From contig JBJORD010000028.1 of the NCBI GenBank assembly GCA_046049585.1, forward strand, positions 1-34,396: a stretch of DNA of 34,396 bases. The letters are read 5' to 3'. How positions within the stretch are numbered: position 1 is the stretch's first letter; each line of letters starts with the position of its first letter. This DNA comes from Candidatus Parcubacteria bacterium (GTDB lineage Bacteria; Patescibacteriota; Minisyncoccia; Phycocordibacterales; UBA918). Below are positions 1 through 8,337 of the stretch, piece after piece. The notes beneath the pieces are model-generated. The model was not told the DNA's origin. It ran no database searches and saw only the letters and a program-made list of their open reading frames with translations. A program made the translations under genes and the position numbers.

Positions 1-810
1 ATCCTTTCCTTGCTCCATGAAGTACTCGCCAATAGCGGCACCCGTAAATGGTGCGAGGAAGAGCATTGGCGACGCCTCTGAGGCTGAGGTCGCGATAATG
101 GTGGTGTATTCCATCGCACCAACCTTTTCGAGTTCGGCCATGATGGTCGCCGTCTTTGAGCGCTTCTGACCAATCGCTACATAGATACAGATAGGGCGCT
201 TGTCAGCCGGTTCGTACTTCTGGTTGATGATGGTGTCGATAGCAATCGTCGTCTTTCCTGTCCCTCGGTCACCAATGATGAGTTCGCGTTGTCCACGCCC
301 GATTGGGATCATTGAGTCAATCGCCTTGATACCTGTATGGATCGGTTCGTTCACACTCGAACGATCCATCACGCCGTACGCCACACGCTCAATTGGCATA
401 TCTCGGTCGGTCTTCACGGCACCCTTACCATCAATTGGCTGCCCGAGCGCATCTACGACGCGTCCCACAATACCAGCACCAACTGGTACTGAGAGAAGCT
501 TCTTCGTACGGTACACCGTCATACCCTCACGCACGAGCGTACTTTCACCCAAGATTACCACTTTCACACTATCCTCTTCGAGGTTCAGAATGAGACCATA
601 GAGTGCACCCTCAGTGGCGAGCGCGGCTTCGAGCGTCGCCCCTTCCGTCGTCGCAAACACCACCATCTCCATCATCTGCGCATCTTGGAGTCCTTCGATT
701 TCAGCAATACCGTCACCCACAGACACGACGGTGCCCACGGATTGTGCTACAGCCTTGAGATCAAGTCCTTCAATTTCTTTTTTGATGCGTTCAATAATTG
801 GTGTACTCAT
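1..810 (-). CDS. atpA: F-type ATP synthase alpha subunit, N-terminal ~270 aa (gene continues beyond the left edge)
   Basis: Reverse translation from the ATG (cat at 808-810) gives MSTPIIERIKKEIEGL... It contains Walker A GDRGTGKTT and ...IIATSASEASPMLFLAPFTGAAIGEYFMEQGKD, typical of alpha subunits. It is absent from the ORF track because it has no stop codon in the window. Confidence 0.93.
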   Translation of the reverse strand, partial: MSTPIIERIKKEIEGLDLKAVAQSVGTVVSVGDGIAEIEGLQDAQMMEMVVFATTEGATLEAALATEGALYGLILNLEEDSVKVVILGESTLVREGMTVYRTKKLLSVPVGAGIVGRVVDALGQPIDGKGAVKTDRDMPIERVAYGVMDRSSVNEPIHTGIKAIDSMIPIGRGQRELIIGDRGTGKTTIAIDTIINQKYEPADKRPICIYVAIGQKRSKTATIMAELEKVGAMEYTTIIATSASEASPMLFLAPFTGAAIGEYFMEQGKD

Positions 811-822
811 AGAAGATAATAA

Positions 823-1200
823 TTACTTAGTAATAGTGTGATAGAGGTTAATAAGAGTGGTTTTGTAGGTTGCGTCGATCAGGGTGTCGCCGCTGCGGAG
901 CTTAGCACCACCGATGATGGTTTCGTCGATTACAACAGTTGGTTTCTCGTCAACGGCCAACTCGGTAAGAAGTGCCTGCACTATGGCACTGTCGACATCA
1001 GCGGCTTTGGCTACCGTGAGGGTAGCAGAGCCAGTGCCAGTACGACGAAGGGTCTCACGCTCAAGCGTCCGTACAATCCGTAGCAAGAGACGCTCATGTC
1101 CGCGACGTGCAAGGACATTCTTGAGGCCAGAAAAAACCGCAGATGGTTTGTGACCAGCCTTGAGACTTTCTACAACCGCAGTGACGTACAAATCGTGCAT
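823..1200 (-). CDS. atpH: F-type ATP synthase delta (OSCP) subunit, unusually short (125 aa)
   Basis: It sits between atpF and atpA. The C-terminal ...IIGGAKLRSGDTLIDATYKTTLINL matches the conserved delta C-terminus (IGG..v..gd.viD.S). Confidence 0.7.
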   Translation of the reverse strand: MHDLYVTAVVESLKAGHKPSAVFSGLKNVLARRGHERLLLRIVRTLERETLRRTGTGSATLTVAKAADVDSAIVQALLTELAVDEKPTVVIDETIIGGAKLRSGDTLIDATYKTTLINLYHTITK

Positions 1201-1203
1201 AGA

Positions 1204-1653
1204 TTATGAGGTGCGCTCACGGAGCATCTTCTCGACTGCGAGAATTGCGGTCTTGGCGATTTCTCCTTCAGCGTCTTTTTGGATCTTAGTAGCAGCTTCA
1301 GTTGCTCGTAGTTCAGCATTACGCACCACAGCATTCGCTTTTTCTTCTGCTTCATTCATAAGCACTGCTGATTTTTCTTCAGCTGCTTGTTTAGCTCGGG
1401 TATTTATGTCTCGAGCTTCTTCGTGAGCAGCTGTCAGAACAGCTTGTTTGGCAATATCAGCATCAGCTTTTGCGCGTGCTGCGTTTTCAGCATCTTTGAT
1501 CCCTTGGGCAATTTTTTCTTCGCGTTCTTTGAGGAGATTGAGTATCGGGTTATACAATAGATACCCCAAAATACCCATCAACACCAAAAAGTTAACCATC
1601 TGAATGATGATTAGGCGAAGGTCGATGCCAAAGGTTGCGATAATGTCTTCCAT
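1204..1653 (-). CDS. atpF: F-type ATP synthase b subunit
   Basis: It has one N-terminal TM helix followed by a long Ala/Glu/Lys-rich helix (KEREEKIAQGIKDAENAARAKADA...). It lies between atpE and atpH. Confidence 0.82.
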   Translation of the reverse strand: MEDIIATFGIDLRLIIIQMVNFLVLMGILGYLLYNPILNLLKEREEKIAQGIKDAENAARAKADADIAKQAVLTAAHEEARDINTRAKQAAEEKSAVLMNEAEEKANAVVRNAELRATEAATKIQKDAEGEIAKTAILAVEKMLRERTS

Positions 1654-1698
1654 AGAGTGATAAATACGTATTTGCTGCTAACAAATACCCTAAGTAAA

Positions 1699-1977
<279 letters not shown>

Positions 1978-2027
1978 CTAATGGACAACGCGAGGAGAGA
2001 ATAGTATTCCCTCTTCGATACTGGCCA

Positions 2028-2828
2028 CTAGTGAGCTGGCTCTTCGACTGCTATCTTGATAAAGAACAACGTCAGAATCGCAAACACAAAGGCTTGAATA
2101 AAACCAACAAACACCTCAAATGCCAACATCGGTACTGGAACAATATAAGGCACAAACATCGTAATAACTAATAGTAACGTCTTCCCGGCCAAGATATTAC
2201 CAAACAATCGAAATGAGAACGAAATGAGGCGAGCTATTTCAGAAACCAATTCGATAAGACCCACAGCAAACGCCAGTGGCGATGAAAAATTAATAAATTT
2301 ACCAGCGTATTTAAATACTCCAATAGCTGATATACCAGCAATTTGAATAGTCAAGAATGCCACCAATGCAAACGCGAAGGTAATATTAAGATCAGTTGCA
2401 GCGGGATAGAGATAAGGCACAAAATGTGATTCTGTACCATGACCTTCATAGAAACCAATGGTCGTGATACCAGGAAAGAGTCCTAGCCAGTTGAGAGTCA
2501 AGATAAACAAGAAAATAGTCATCACTATCGGAAAGTACTTGCGGGCAAGGGTACGACTTTCGAGTACATCCGCCATATAGTCATACACGCCACCAATCAT
2601 GAGCTCAAAGACACTTTGTGTACGTCCAGGGACCATCGTCAATGACCATCTAGCAAATATAGCTACAGCGATCAAGATACACATACCCAACCAAACAGTC
2701 AGTAAGGTAGCGGTGATTGGTACACCAAAAATGTCACCAACAATATATGGTGAGAGGGATACTTTGACACCTTCTTCAGTTGCAGCGTATGCAGTAGCAA
2801 TCAATGACATAATAAGGTGCGGACGCAA
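2028..2828 (-). CDS. atpB: F-type ATP synthase a subunit
   Basis: Polytopic membrane protein with the a-subunit signature ...SFSFRLFGNILAGK... It lies upstream of atpE. The TTG at 2828 or the ATG at 2810 could be the start. Confidence 0.9.
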   Translation of the reverse strand: MRPHLIMSLIATAYAATEEGVKVSLSPYIVGDIFGVPITATLLTVWLGMCILIAVAIFARWSLTMVPGRTQSVFELMIGGVYDYMADVLESRTLARKYFPIVMTIFLFILTLNWLGLFPGITTIGFYEGHGTESHFVPYLYPAATDLNITFAFALVAFLTIQIAGISAIGVFKYAGKFINFSSPLAFAVGLIELVSEIARLISFSFRLFGNILAGKTLLLVITMFVPYIVPVPMLAFEVFVGFIQAFVFAILTLFFIKIAVEEPAH

Positions 2829-2856
2829 TGGCTATTTGGTAGCCTTATGCGCCTGC

Positions 2857-2884
2857 ATGATACCAGAAAATCGAGTATTTGCAA
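2857..2884 (-). promoter_or_regulatory. Candidate atp operon promoter (TTGCAA-N16-TGGTATCAT on the minus strand)
   Basis: Read on the minus strand, TTGCAA lies at 2879-2884 and the extended -10 TGgTATCAT has its hexamer at 2857-2862. This is about 30 nt upstream of atpB. Confidence 0.35.
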
Positions 2885-3024
2885 CGTTAGTATGTGCGAA
2901 AATGATTCTTTGTTCGATAAAAAGAGTCAATAATCAGTTAGATTCGAGACGCCAAGGAGGATTAATATGAGACGTACTAGTTGTTCATTGAATGTTGTTC
3001 TGACGCAGACAACAAAGAAGCTGA

Positions 3025-3255
3025 TTAATTAGTGGGTCGTTTTGGCTCAGAACCGAGGATCCCCCAATGCACCCTCCCCCATACTCGTTCATGACAATAA
3101 TAAAAGAAGATTTTGAGAGTAATATCGACCAAGCCAACCCCCGCTACTATAGCGAGATTGCCAGTCATAAAATACACAACCACCATGGTTGTGCCCGATG
3201 CGGTAATTCTCCAAGTTACACCTTTTACGATGCTACGCCATTTTGATTCATGCAT
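3025..3255 (-). CDS. DUF2061 family small membrane protein
   Basis: KWRSIVKGVTWRITASGTT...KIFFYYCHERVWGRVHWG matches the DUF2061 pattern (K..tWR ... yY.HERvW). It starts 3 nt downstream of the pgi stop. Confidence 0.72.
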   Translation of the reverse strand: MHESKWRSIVKGVTWRITASGTTMVVVYFMTGNLAIVAGVGLVDITLKIFFYYCHERVWGRVHWGILGSEPKRPTN

Positions 3256-3258
3256 AGA

Positions 3259-4563
3259 TTACAGATTGGTGAGTAATTTTTTTGTGACAGTCTTATACTG
3301 TTCAACCTGTGGCTGATCAAACGGATTGACTCCGAGTAAATAGCCAAGCATCATTACTTCACACATTTTAAATTGCATAAAAGCGACAATTGATTCGGGA
3401 GTAAGCTCGGGCAGTGTGACTTCCATAAACGGTAGACTGTTGGCATCATAGGTAGTTTTTGTGCCCTCATATATCGCAGACATAACAGCCGTTGGTGTCT
3501 GACCACCAAGGTATGGCAATACTTCTGGCCACGCCCGATGGGCGGTTAACGGCTCGTCGTGTTGACGTGATGCCACAGACACAAAGGTAGTCAGACGATC
3601 TTTTGGTCCACCAACATACAACTGTCCAACTGAGTGCAGATCAGTTGATCCAACAGTAACTGTTGGTGTGATACCAATTGGTGTATTGGTAGTTGTACTT
3701 GGCTTGCCAATACTTTCTGCCAACAATTGTCGGTACCATTTGCCGACAGACTCCAAGGCTGGCACAAAGACAAACGTATCATGCTGACGAATACCTTGAT
3801 TATAAAAATAGAACTGTGTTAGAGCAGATCGAGCTGCCGGGTTGTGATCTATATCTGGATGCACACATTGATCAAGCATACGTGCAGCACTTTTTTGGAG
3901 ATCTGCGGGGCCAAAACCAAGTAAACCAAGCGGAATAAGCCCCACTGGGGTCATCACAGAATACCGACCACCAACCATTGGCGGTAGTGCGATAGTGTAC
4001 ATTTCTTGTGTTCGCGCCGCTGCAAGCAATGGCGATCCTGTCTCACTGAGTACCACTACTCGCCGTGACTTGCCACCAAATTTATCTGCAAAAGCAGCTA
4101 GTATTGATTCGGCGTTGTAGATGGTTTCGGTGGTAGTACCACTTTTTGTAATAACTAAAAAAAATAACTCATCTGCTGACGTTGCCGCCTGGATAATCTT
4201 ATGCGCCATAGCGAGGAGCGCTGGATCCACGGTATCAATAAATAGTAATCGCGGTGATTCGTGCGGGGATAGGTCTCGAATTGAAGCCATGGCATCATAA
4301 ATTGCTTTGGTACCCAAATTGGAACCACCAATACCGACTACAAAAACATACCGTAATGTGCGTGAATACACACGTTCTATAATTGCTTCAGTCGCCTGCA
4401 GCATGTACTCATCGGTCGGAGCCAAGAGTGAACACTCTGGAGCCGTGTATCCACCCACCTCAATCACTCGACGTAGCTTGGTGATATAGGGTGCCAGACG
4501 AGACTGTACTACAGCCACTGCATTACTTTGTATTGCCTGACTGGTGCTGTTGGTAAATTTCAT
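3259..4563 (-). CDS. pgi: Glucose-6-phosphate isomerase (short ~430-aa type)
   Basis: It has the SIS/PGI motifs FVVGIGGSNLGTKA, ITKSGTTTET, GGRYSV and the C-terminal ...GVNPFDQPQVEQYK. Confidence 0.9.
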   Translation of the reverse strand: MKFTNSTSQAIQSNAVAVVQSRLAPYITKLRRVIEVGGYTAPECSLLAPTDEYMLQATEAIIERVYSRTLRYVFVVGIGGSNLGTKAIYDAMASIRDLSPHESPRLLFIDTVDPALLAMAHKIIQAATSADELFFLVITKSGTTTETIYNAESILAAFADKFGGKSRRVVVLSETGSPLLAAARTQEMYTIALPPMVGGRYSVMTPVGLIPLGLLGFGPADLQKSAARMLDQCVHPDIDHNPAARSALTQFYFYNQGIRQHDTFVFVPALESVGKWYRQLLAESIGKPSTTTNTPIGITPTVTVGSTDLHSVGQLYVGGPKDRLTTFVSVASRQHDEPLTAHRAWPEVLPYLGGQTPTAVMSAIYEGTKTTYDANSLPFMEVTLPELTPESIVAFMQFKMCEVMMLGYLLGVNPFDQPQVEQYKTVTKKLLTNL

Positions 4564-4575
4564 AGATACAAATGA

Positions 4576-6090
4576 CTAAGCTAATCCTGGGAAAAAATCT
4601 CGTTCAATACAACGAGCAGGCACGCCGAGAGTGTGCAGTGACTGATACGCTGCGTCGACCATTTTTGGCGGACCAGAGATATACCATGTACGAGTAGCAT
4701 AGTCAGGAATGCGACGCGAAATGATATCAGCAGACAGGAATCCCGATTCCGCGCCAGGCGGTATTTCACCACTCCCAATGACTGGTACGAGCTCACCGAC
4801 ATTCATGAGCTCCACCTGGTACGCCAAATCAGCGGCAGTCGCCACACAATACAGTGTTTTAATATCACGTTTTTCACCTTGTAGCGTCAGAGTTGTTGCA
4901 TGACTGACAAAGGGAGTCACGCCAATGCCCCCAGCAATAAAGCCAAGCTTCACTACTGGATTTGTCGGTAAGATAAAATCACCTGAACGTTGTGACGCAA
5001 TCACTACGTCTCCTGTCTTAAGATGCACCATAGCAGACTTGTAACTACTTGCATTTTCGGGCAACTTAAAAGCCAAACGCAACTCGTTTTCTTCAGGCGC
5101 TGAAGCGATGGTGAAATAACGACGAGTACCGCGACTATCAGTGTTTTTGTGTGGGACCATCCACTCAAGGTACTGCCCAGCTTTAAATATAAATCCAGCC
5201 GGTTTTGGAAACGAAAATTCGTAGATAGAACCAGTTACTTTTTTGAGACTAGTGAGGGTTAAAATGAGTTTTTGCCGTTGCCCCCATGGCGCGAGAGCGA
5301 TATTACCGACCACCAGCGCCAACTCTGGCGACATTACAAACGAACCAAGCGGCGGCAACGAGGCCACGACGGCCACCAGTGTTGCATATACATACCGAGC
5401 ATTTTTTTGACTCGGCATCGTAAAGGGTTCAGTCAACATGAAGAATCCAAGGAATAAGAACGGGTATGAAATAAAAAAAGTGGTGAGTAATTCAGTAGTC
5501 GAACTTGGATTTTGCCAAGACAAGAGCATATAACACAAGAATCCGACAGCAATAAATACCGCTACCATATCGAGCCGCTTCACTTTTTCTGTTACCAAAA
5601 AACCGCCAATCACAATCGGAATAAACAGTAATGGGGACGCAACCCACCAGGCACCGCCGCCAAAACCAAACAAAGACCCGAGGACAAGACCAGCAGCCAC
5701 AGGATTCACCAAATGTTGCTTTTTGTACACCAGCACATATTTGCTGGCAATAGCCAGTGCAGTAATAACCGCTGAGGCAAACAAATCTTCAGGGGTAGTC
5801 GACGGGAGTAGTAACAATAGTAAAATCAACCCCGTAATAATCGAAGAAGCATGTTGAAGTGGTACTTTTGTGGCAGTGGCACAAGCAGCATTTACCAAGA
5901 GCGCGGTTACCATAATAACTACACTGCTTGCGATAAGTTCCAGTGGTATAAAACCGATATATCCACCAAACGAAGCGAGGAGCGCAACCCCATAGACAGC
6001 AAGTAAAACTTGTATGATCACCGAATACATCGGCATACGATCAAGATACAAGAGCGGTAAACGAGTAACGGTTTGCATAACAGTTTGCAT
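4576..6090 (-). CDS. Fusion protein: N-terminal RnfD/NqrB-like polytopic membrane domain plus C-terminal FNR-like FAD/NAD(P)H oxidoreductase domain
   Basis: The N-terminal ~250 aa are multi-TM and end in FFMLTEPFTMP (compare the NqrB/RnfD f.atDPvTsP motif). The C-terminal half has the FAD motif RRYFTIAS, the NAD(P)H motif GFIAGGIGVTPF and ISGPPKM. I saw no 2Fe-2S Cys cluster. Confidence 0.72.
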   Translation of the reverse strand: MQTVMQTVTRLPLLYLDRMPMYSVIIQVLLAVYGVALLASFGGYIGFIPLELIASSVVIMVTALLVNAACATATKVPLQHASSIITGLILLLLLLPSTTPEDLFASAVITALAIASKYVLVYKKQHLVNPVAAGLVLGSLFGFGGGAWWVASPLLFIPIVIGGFLVTEKVKRLDMVAVFIAVGFLCYMLLSWQNPSSTTELLTTFFISYPFLFLGFFMLTEPFTMPSQKNARYVYATLVAVVASLPPLGSFVMSPELALVVGNIALAPWGQRQKLILTLTSLKKVTGSIYEFSFPKPAGFIFKAGQYLEWMVPHKNTDSRGTRRYFTIASAPEENELRLAFKLPENASSYKSAMVHLKTGDVVIASQRSGDFILPTNPVVKLGFIAGGIGVTPFVSHATTLTLQGEKRDIKTLYCVATAADLAYQVELMNVGELVPVIGSGEIPPGAESGFLSADIISRRIPDYATRTWYISGPPKMVDAAYQSLHTLGVPARCIERDFFPGLA

Positions 6091-6171
6091 ACATCACTAG
6101 TATACTACCCTCTGTAGCTGTCTGACCAACTTCCCTGTATACTTGTATTGTTATTCGTAAAAAATATATCT

Positions 6172-6738
6172 ATGCCAGTTGTTCTTATCATAATTGGATT
6201 AGCAGTAGCGATCGGACTTGGTGGTTACTTTCTTCGTCCTGAAGAAGTGGTCACTCCGGCCACAATAACTGAATTACCTACTACGCCTGAAGCAACGGGT
6301 ACTCCAGTTGTACCAGTTGCGGACAGTAATACCTCTACACCAACCACTCCAGCTGCCACCACACCTACCGTCCCGACTGTCCCGACCGCACCAACTACAC
6401 CTACCGTCCCTGTGACACCCACCACTCCAGCCACTGCCTACGCTGATGGACCATACACCGTGAATACCAGCTACGTTGCACCAGGTAATGCGAATCACAC
6501 CATGGCAGTTACTCTCACCCTTGCTGGTGATACAGTAACCACTGCTTCAATTGTCTACGGTGGTGACTCAGTCGATCAGTCAAGCAACTACCAGAGTCGC
6601 TTCATGCGCGCCTACGAATCACAGGTCGTCGGCAAGAAGCTCGACAGTATCAAGCTTTCACGTGTCGGTGGAGCATCACTCACCAGTAACGGTTTTAATG
6701 ATGCCGTTGCCAAAGTCAAAGCAGCAGCACAAAACTAA
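6172..6738 (+). CDS. Membrane-anchored FMN-binding domain protein (RnfG/NqrC-like) with a Pro/Thr-rich linker
   Basis: It has an N-terminal TM helix (MPVVLIIIGLAVAIGLGGYFL), a ~60-aa PT-rich linker, and a C-terminal FMN_bind-like domain. That domain carries the flavinylation-type motif RVGGASLTS (Ser codon 6676-6678). The ORF-track TTG at 6148 is an alternative start. Confidence 0.72.
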   Translation: MPVVLIIIGLAVAIGLGGYFLRPEEVVTPATITELPTTPEATGTPVVPVADSNTSTPTTPAATTPTVPTVPTAPTTPTVPVTPTTPATAYADGPYTVNTSYVAPGNANHTMAVTLTLAGDTVTTASIVYGGDSVDQSSNYQSRFMRAYESQVVGKKLDSIKLSRVGGASLTSNGFNDAVAKVKAAAQN

Positions 6739-6742
6739 GTGT

Positions 6743-7618
6743 ATGGAATCAATCACCATCGTTGCCCTTGGCACACACTGGTGGATTGAACTATTTGATG
6801 AGATGAGCCCTGAGCGTCGTAATGGAATCGCTAATGCCATTACGACGCTCTTGTCGTCTATCGAAGAACGATTTTCACGGTTTCGTGAAGATTCACTAGT
6901 GAGCACACTAAATCGCGAGCGCAGTGTGGCAACTAGCGATCGGGACCTGGCAGAGCTAATCGGTATTGGCCGATCAACGTATCGCCATACCAAAAGTGCC
7001 TTTAATATTCTGATTGGTGACGCGCTCATGGCGCGTGGCTATGACAACACGTACTCACTCGTAGCCATGGAGCGTGCAGTTGAAATCGGCAACCCACTCA
7101 CTGACCTCGACTACAACGACAACACATGGCGATTATCAACAGGATTACTTGATCTCGGTGGTATTGGTAAAGGCTGGGCTATCGATAAAGTCGCAGAACT
7201 ACTCCGCAACAACGGAGTGGTCGAGTTCCTCATCAACGGTGGTGGCGATATGTATGGTACGACCGAGCATAATGAGCCGATTACCATCTACCTCGAGCAC
7301 CCGACTGAGACACAGACGTATCTCGGCACTACCACCATCATGAACCAGGGCTTTGCCGCCTCAAGCACGTACAAACGTCGCTGGCAGACAGCCGCCGGTG
7401 AGACGAGCCATATAATTGATGACACCAAGGTAATTGACGCTAGTTTCGTTATAGCAACTGACGCTGTGACAGCAGATATTTTTGCCACAACCGCCCTCCT
7501 CCTCCCTGAGGAGGACTTTGCTCCGTTAGCAATGCAAGAACGAGTTTCCTACAGTCTCTTCATTGTAGCAACAGGAGAACTCCGCACTACACCAAATTTT
7601 CCACTACATAGACTATAA
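6743..7618 (+). CDS. apbE: FAD:protein FMN transferase (ApbE family)
   Basis: Matches ApbE in ALGTHWWIELFD, EERFSRFREDSLVSTLN, DLGGIGKGWAIDKV, INGGGDMY, AASSTYKR and HIID. The ATG at 6743 lies 4 nt after the upstream stop. The ORF-track start at 6551 overlaps the previous gene and encodes non-homologous sequence. Confidence 0.85.
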   Translation: MESITIVALGTHWWIELFDEMSPERRNGIANAITTLLSSIEERFSRFREDSLVSTLNRERSVATSDRDLAELIGIGRSTYRHTKSAFNILIGDALMARGYDNTYSLVAMERAVEIGNPLTDLDYNDNTWRLSTGLLDLGGIGKGWAIDKVAELLRNNGVVEFLINGGGDMYGTTEHNEPITIYLEHPTETQTYLGTTTIMNQGFAASSTYKRRWQTAAGETSHIIDDTKVIDASFVIATDAVTADIFATTALLLPEEDFAPLAMQERVSYSLFIVATGELRTTPNFPLHRL

Positions 7619-7735
7619 ATACTACTGGTTGGAGCCATTTCTACTACTTACAGAGTAATGTGTAAGAAATACATAGATCATCCGTCTAAGGCTTGGGAGG
7701 TTGACGGAAGAAGCCAAAACCTAAAGGAGATGACG

Positions 7736-8215
7736 ATGAAACCCCTGCATGAAATATGCAAATTGATTGTGATTTGTTCACTAGGAGTATTTGCTACTCC
7801 CACAATAGCGAGCGAATCAGAGTCACTACCCAAACAAGTGCTCACCAATGAGGATGTTCAGCGTGCTTTTATTCAAGCAAAAATTGTTGAACATTTCCCA
7901 GAAGACTACTCTGTAATGCTCGCAATAGCCTATTGCGAGTCGCGATCCCGGCCTTTTATCCATTACGAGAGTGATGGTTCACTACGGGGACATGACACCG
8001 GAGCGTCAACAGCTGGTGGAACTTACCAAGTGCTCATGGGGCTACATGGCGATGCCATTCGCGAAATGGGCCTCGACATGAGCAATCTCGACGACTACTT
8101 TACATTCGTCGAGCGCTTGAAACGCGAGAATCCCAACTATGGTGCCTGGAGCGAATCGAAGAGCTGCTGGAAGAGTCGGATTGGTGACTTTGATCCAAAC
8201 GTGAATATCAGCTGA
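7736..8215 (+). CDS. Secreted lytic transglycosylase-like (SLT/lysozyme-like fold) protein
   Basis: SD AAGGAG at 7724-7729 lies 6 nt before the ATG. It has a signal-like N-terminus (MKPLHEICKLIVICSLGVFATPTIASE). Motifs AIAYCESRS ... GGTYQVLMG ... NPNYGAW resemble the ES / GLMQ / AYNaG pattern of family-1 transglycosylases. Confidence 0.5.
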   Translation: MKPLHEICKLIVICSLGVFATPTIASESESLPKQVLTNEDVQRAFIQAKIVEHFPEDYSVMLAIAYCESRSRPFIHYESDGSLRGHDTGASTAGGTYQVLMGLHGDAIREMGLDMSNLDDYFTFVERLKRENPNYGAWSESKSCWKSRIGDFDPNVNIS

Positions 8216-8241
8216 GGCACGACGTGATGCTCGTCATATAC

Positions 8242-8277
8242 CCCGCCCAGGATCAGAATTGATCTTTGGCGGGTTTG
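8242..8277 (+). terminator. Hairpin terminator after the transglycosylase-like gene
   Basis: CCCGCCCAGGATC-AGAATT-GATCTTTGGCGGG followed by TTTG. The stem is imperfect. Confidence 0.45.
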
Positions 8278-8337
8278 TCATATACCTTTATGTATCAGGT
8301 TACGGTATTTCCTCCCCTGTCAGTCTGTCAGTATTTT

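Noticed and set aside
200-841. Plus-strand ORFs 200-601, 393-593 and 614-841 in the ORF track.
   Set aside because: They lie antisense to the strongly conserved atpA reading frame. They have low-complexity, non-homologous translations and are shadow ORFs.
2967-3032. 21-codon ORF (MRRTSCSLNVVLTQTTKKLIN) preceded by a perfect AAGGAGG-N6 SD, in the spacer between the atp operon and the DUF2061 gene.
   Set aside because: A 7-mer SD is expected by chance a few times in 2 x 34 kb. I saw no convincing promoter and no recognisable peptide, and it overlaps the end of the DUF2061 gene. It is kept only as a note.
6290-6440. Direct DNA repeats (for example ACACCTACCGTCCC at 6361 and 6398).
   Set aside because: They encode the Pro/Thr-rich linker of the FMN-binding protein. 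This is coding low-complexity sequence rather than an independent repeat element.
6551-6742. Upstream extension of the ApbE ORF overlapping the FMN-binding gene.
   Set aside because: The extension is hydrophilic and non-homologous and overlaps a supported gene in another frame. The ATG at 6743 begins exactly at the conserved ApbE domain.
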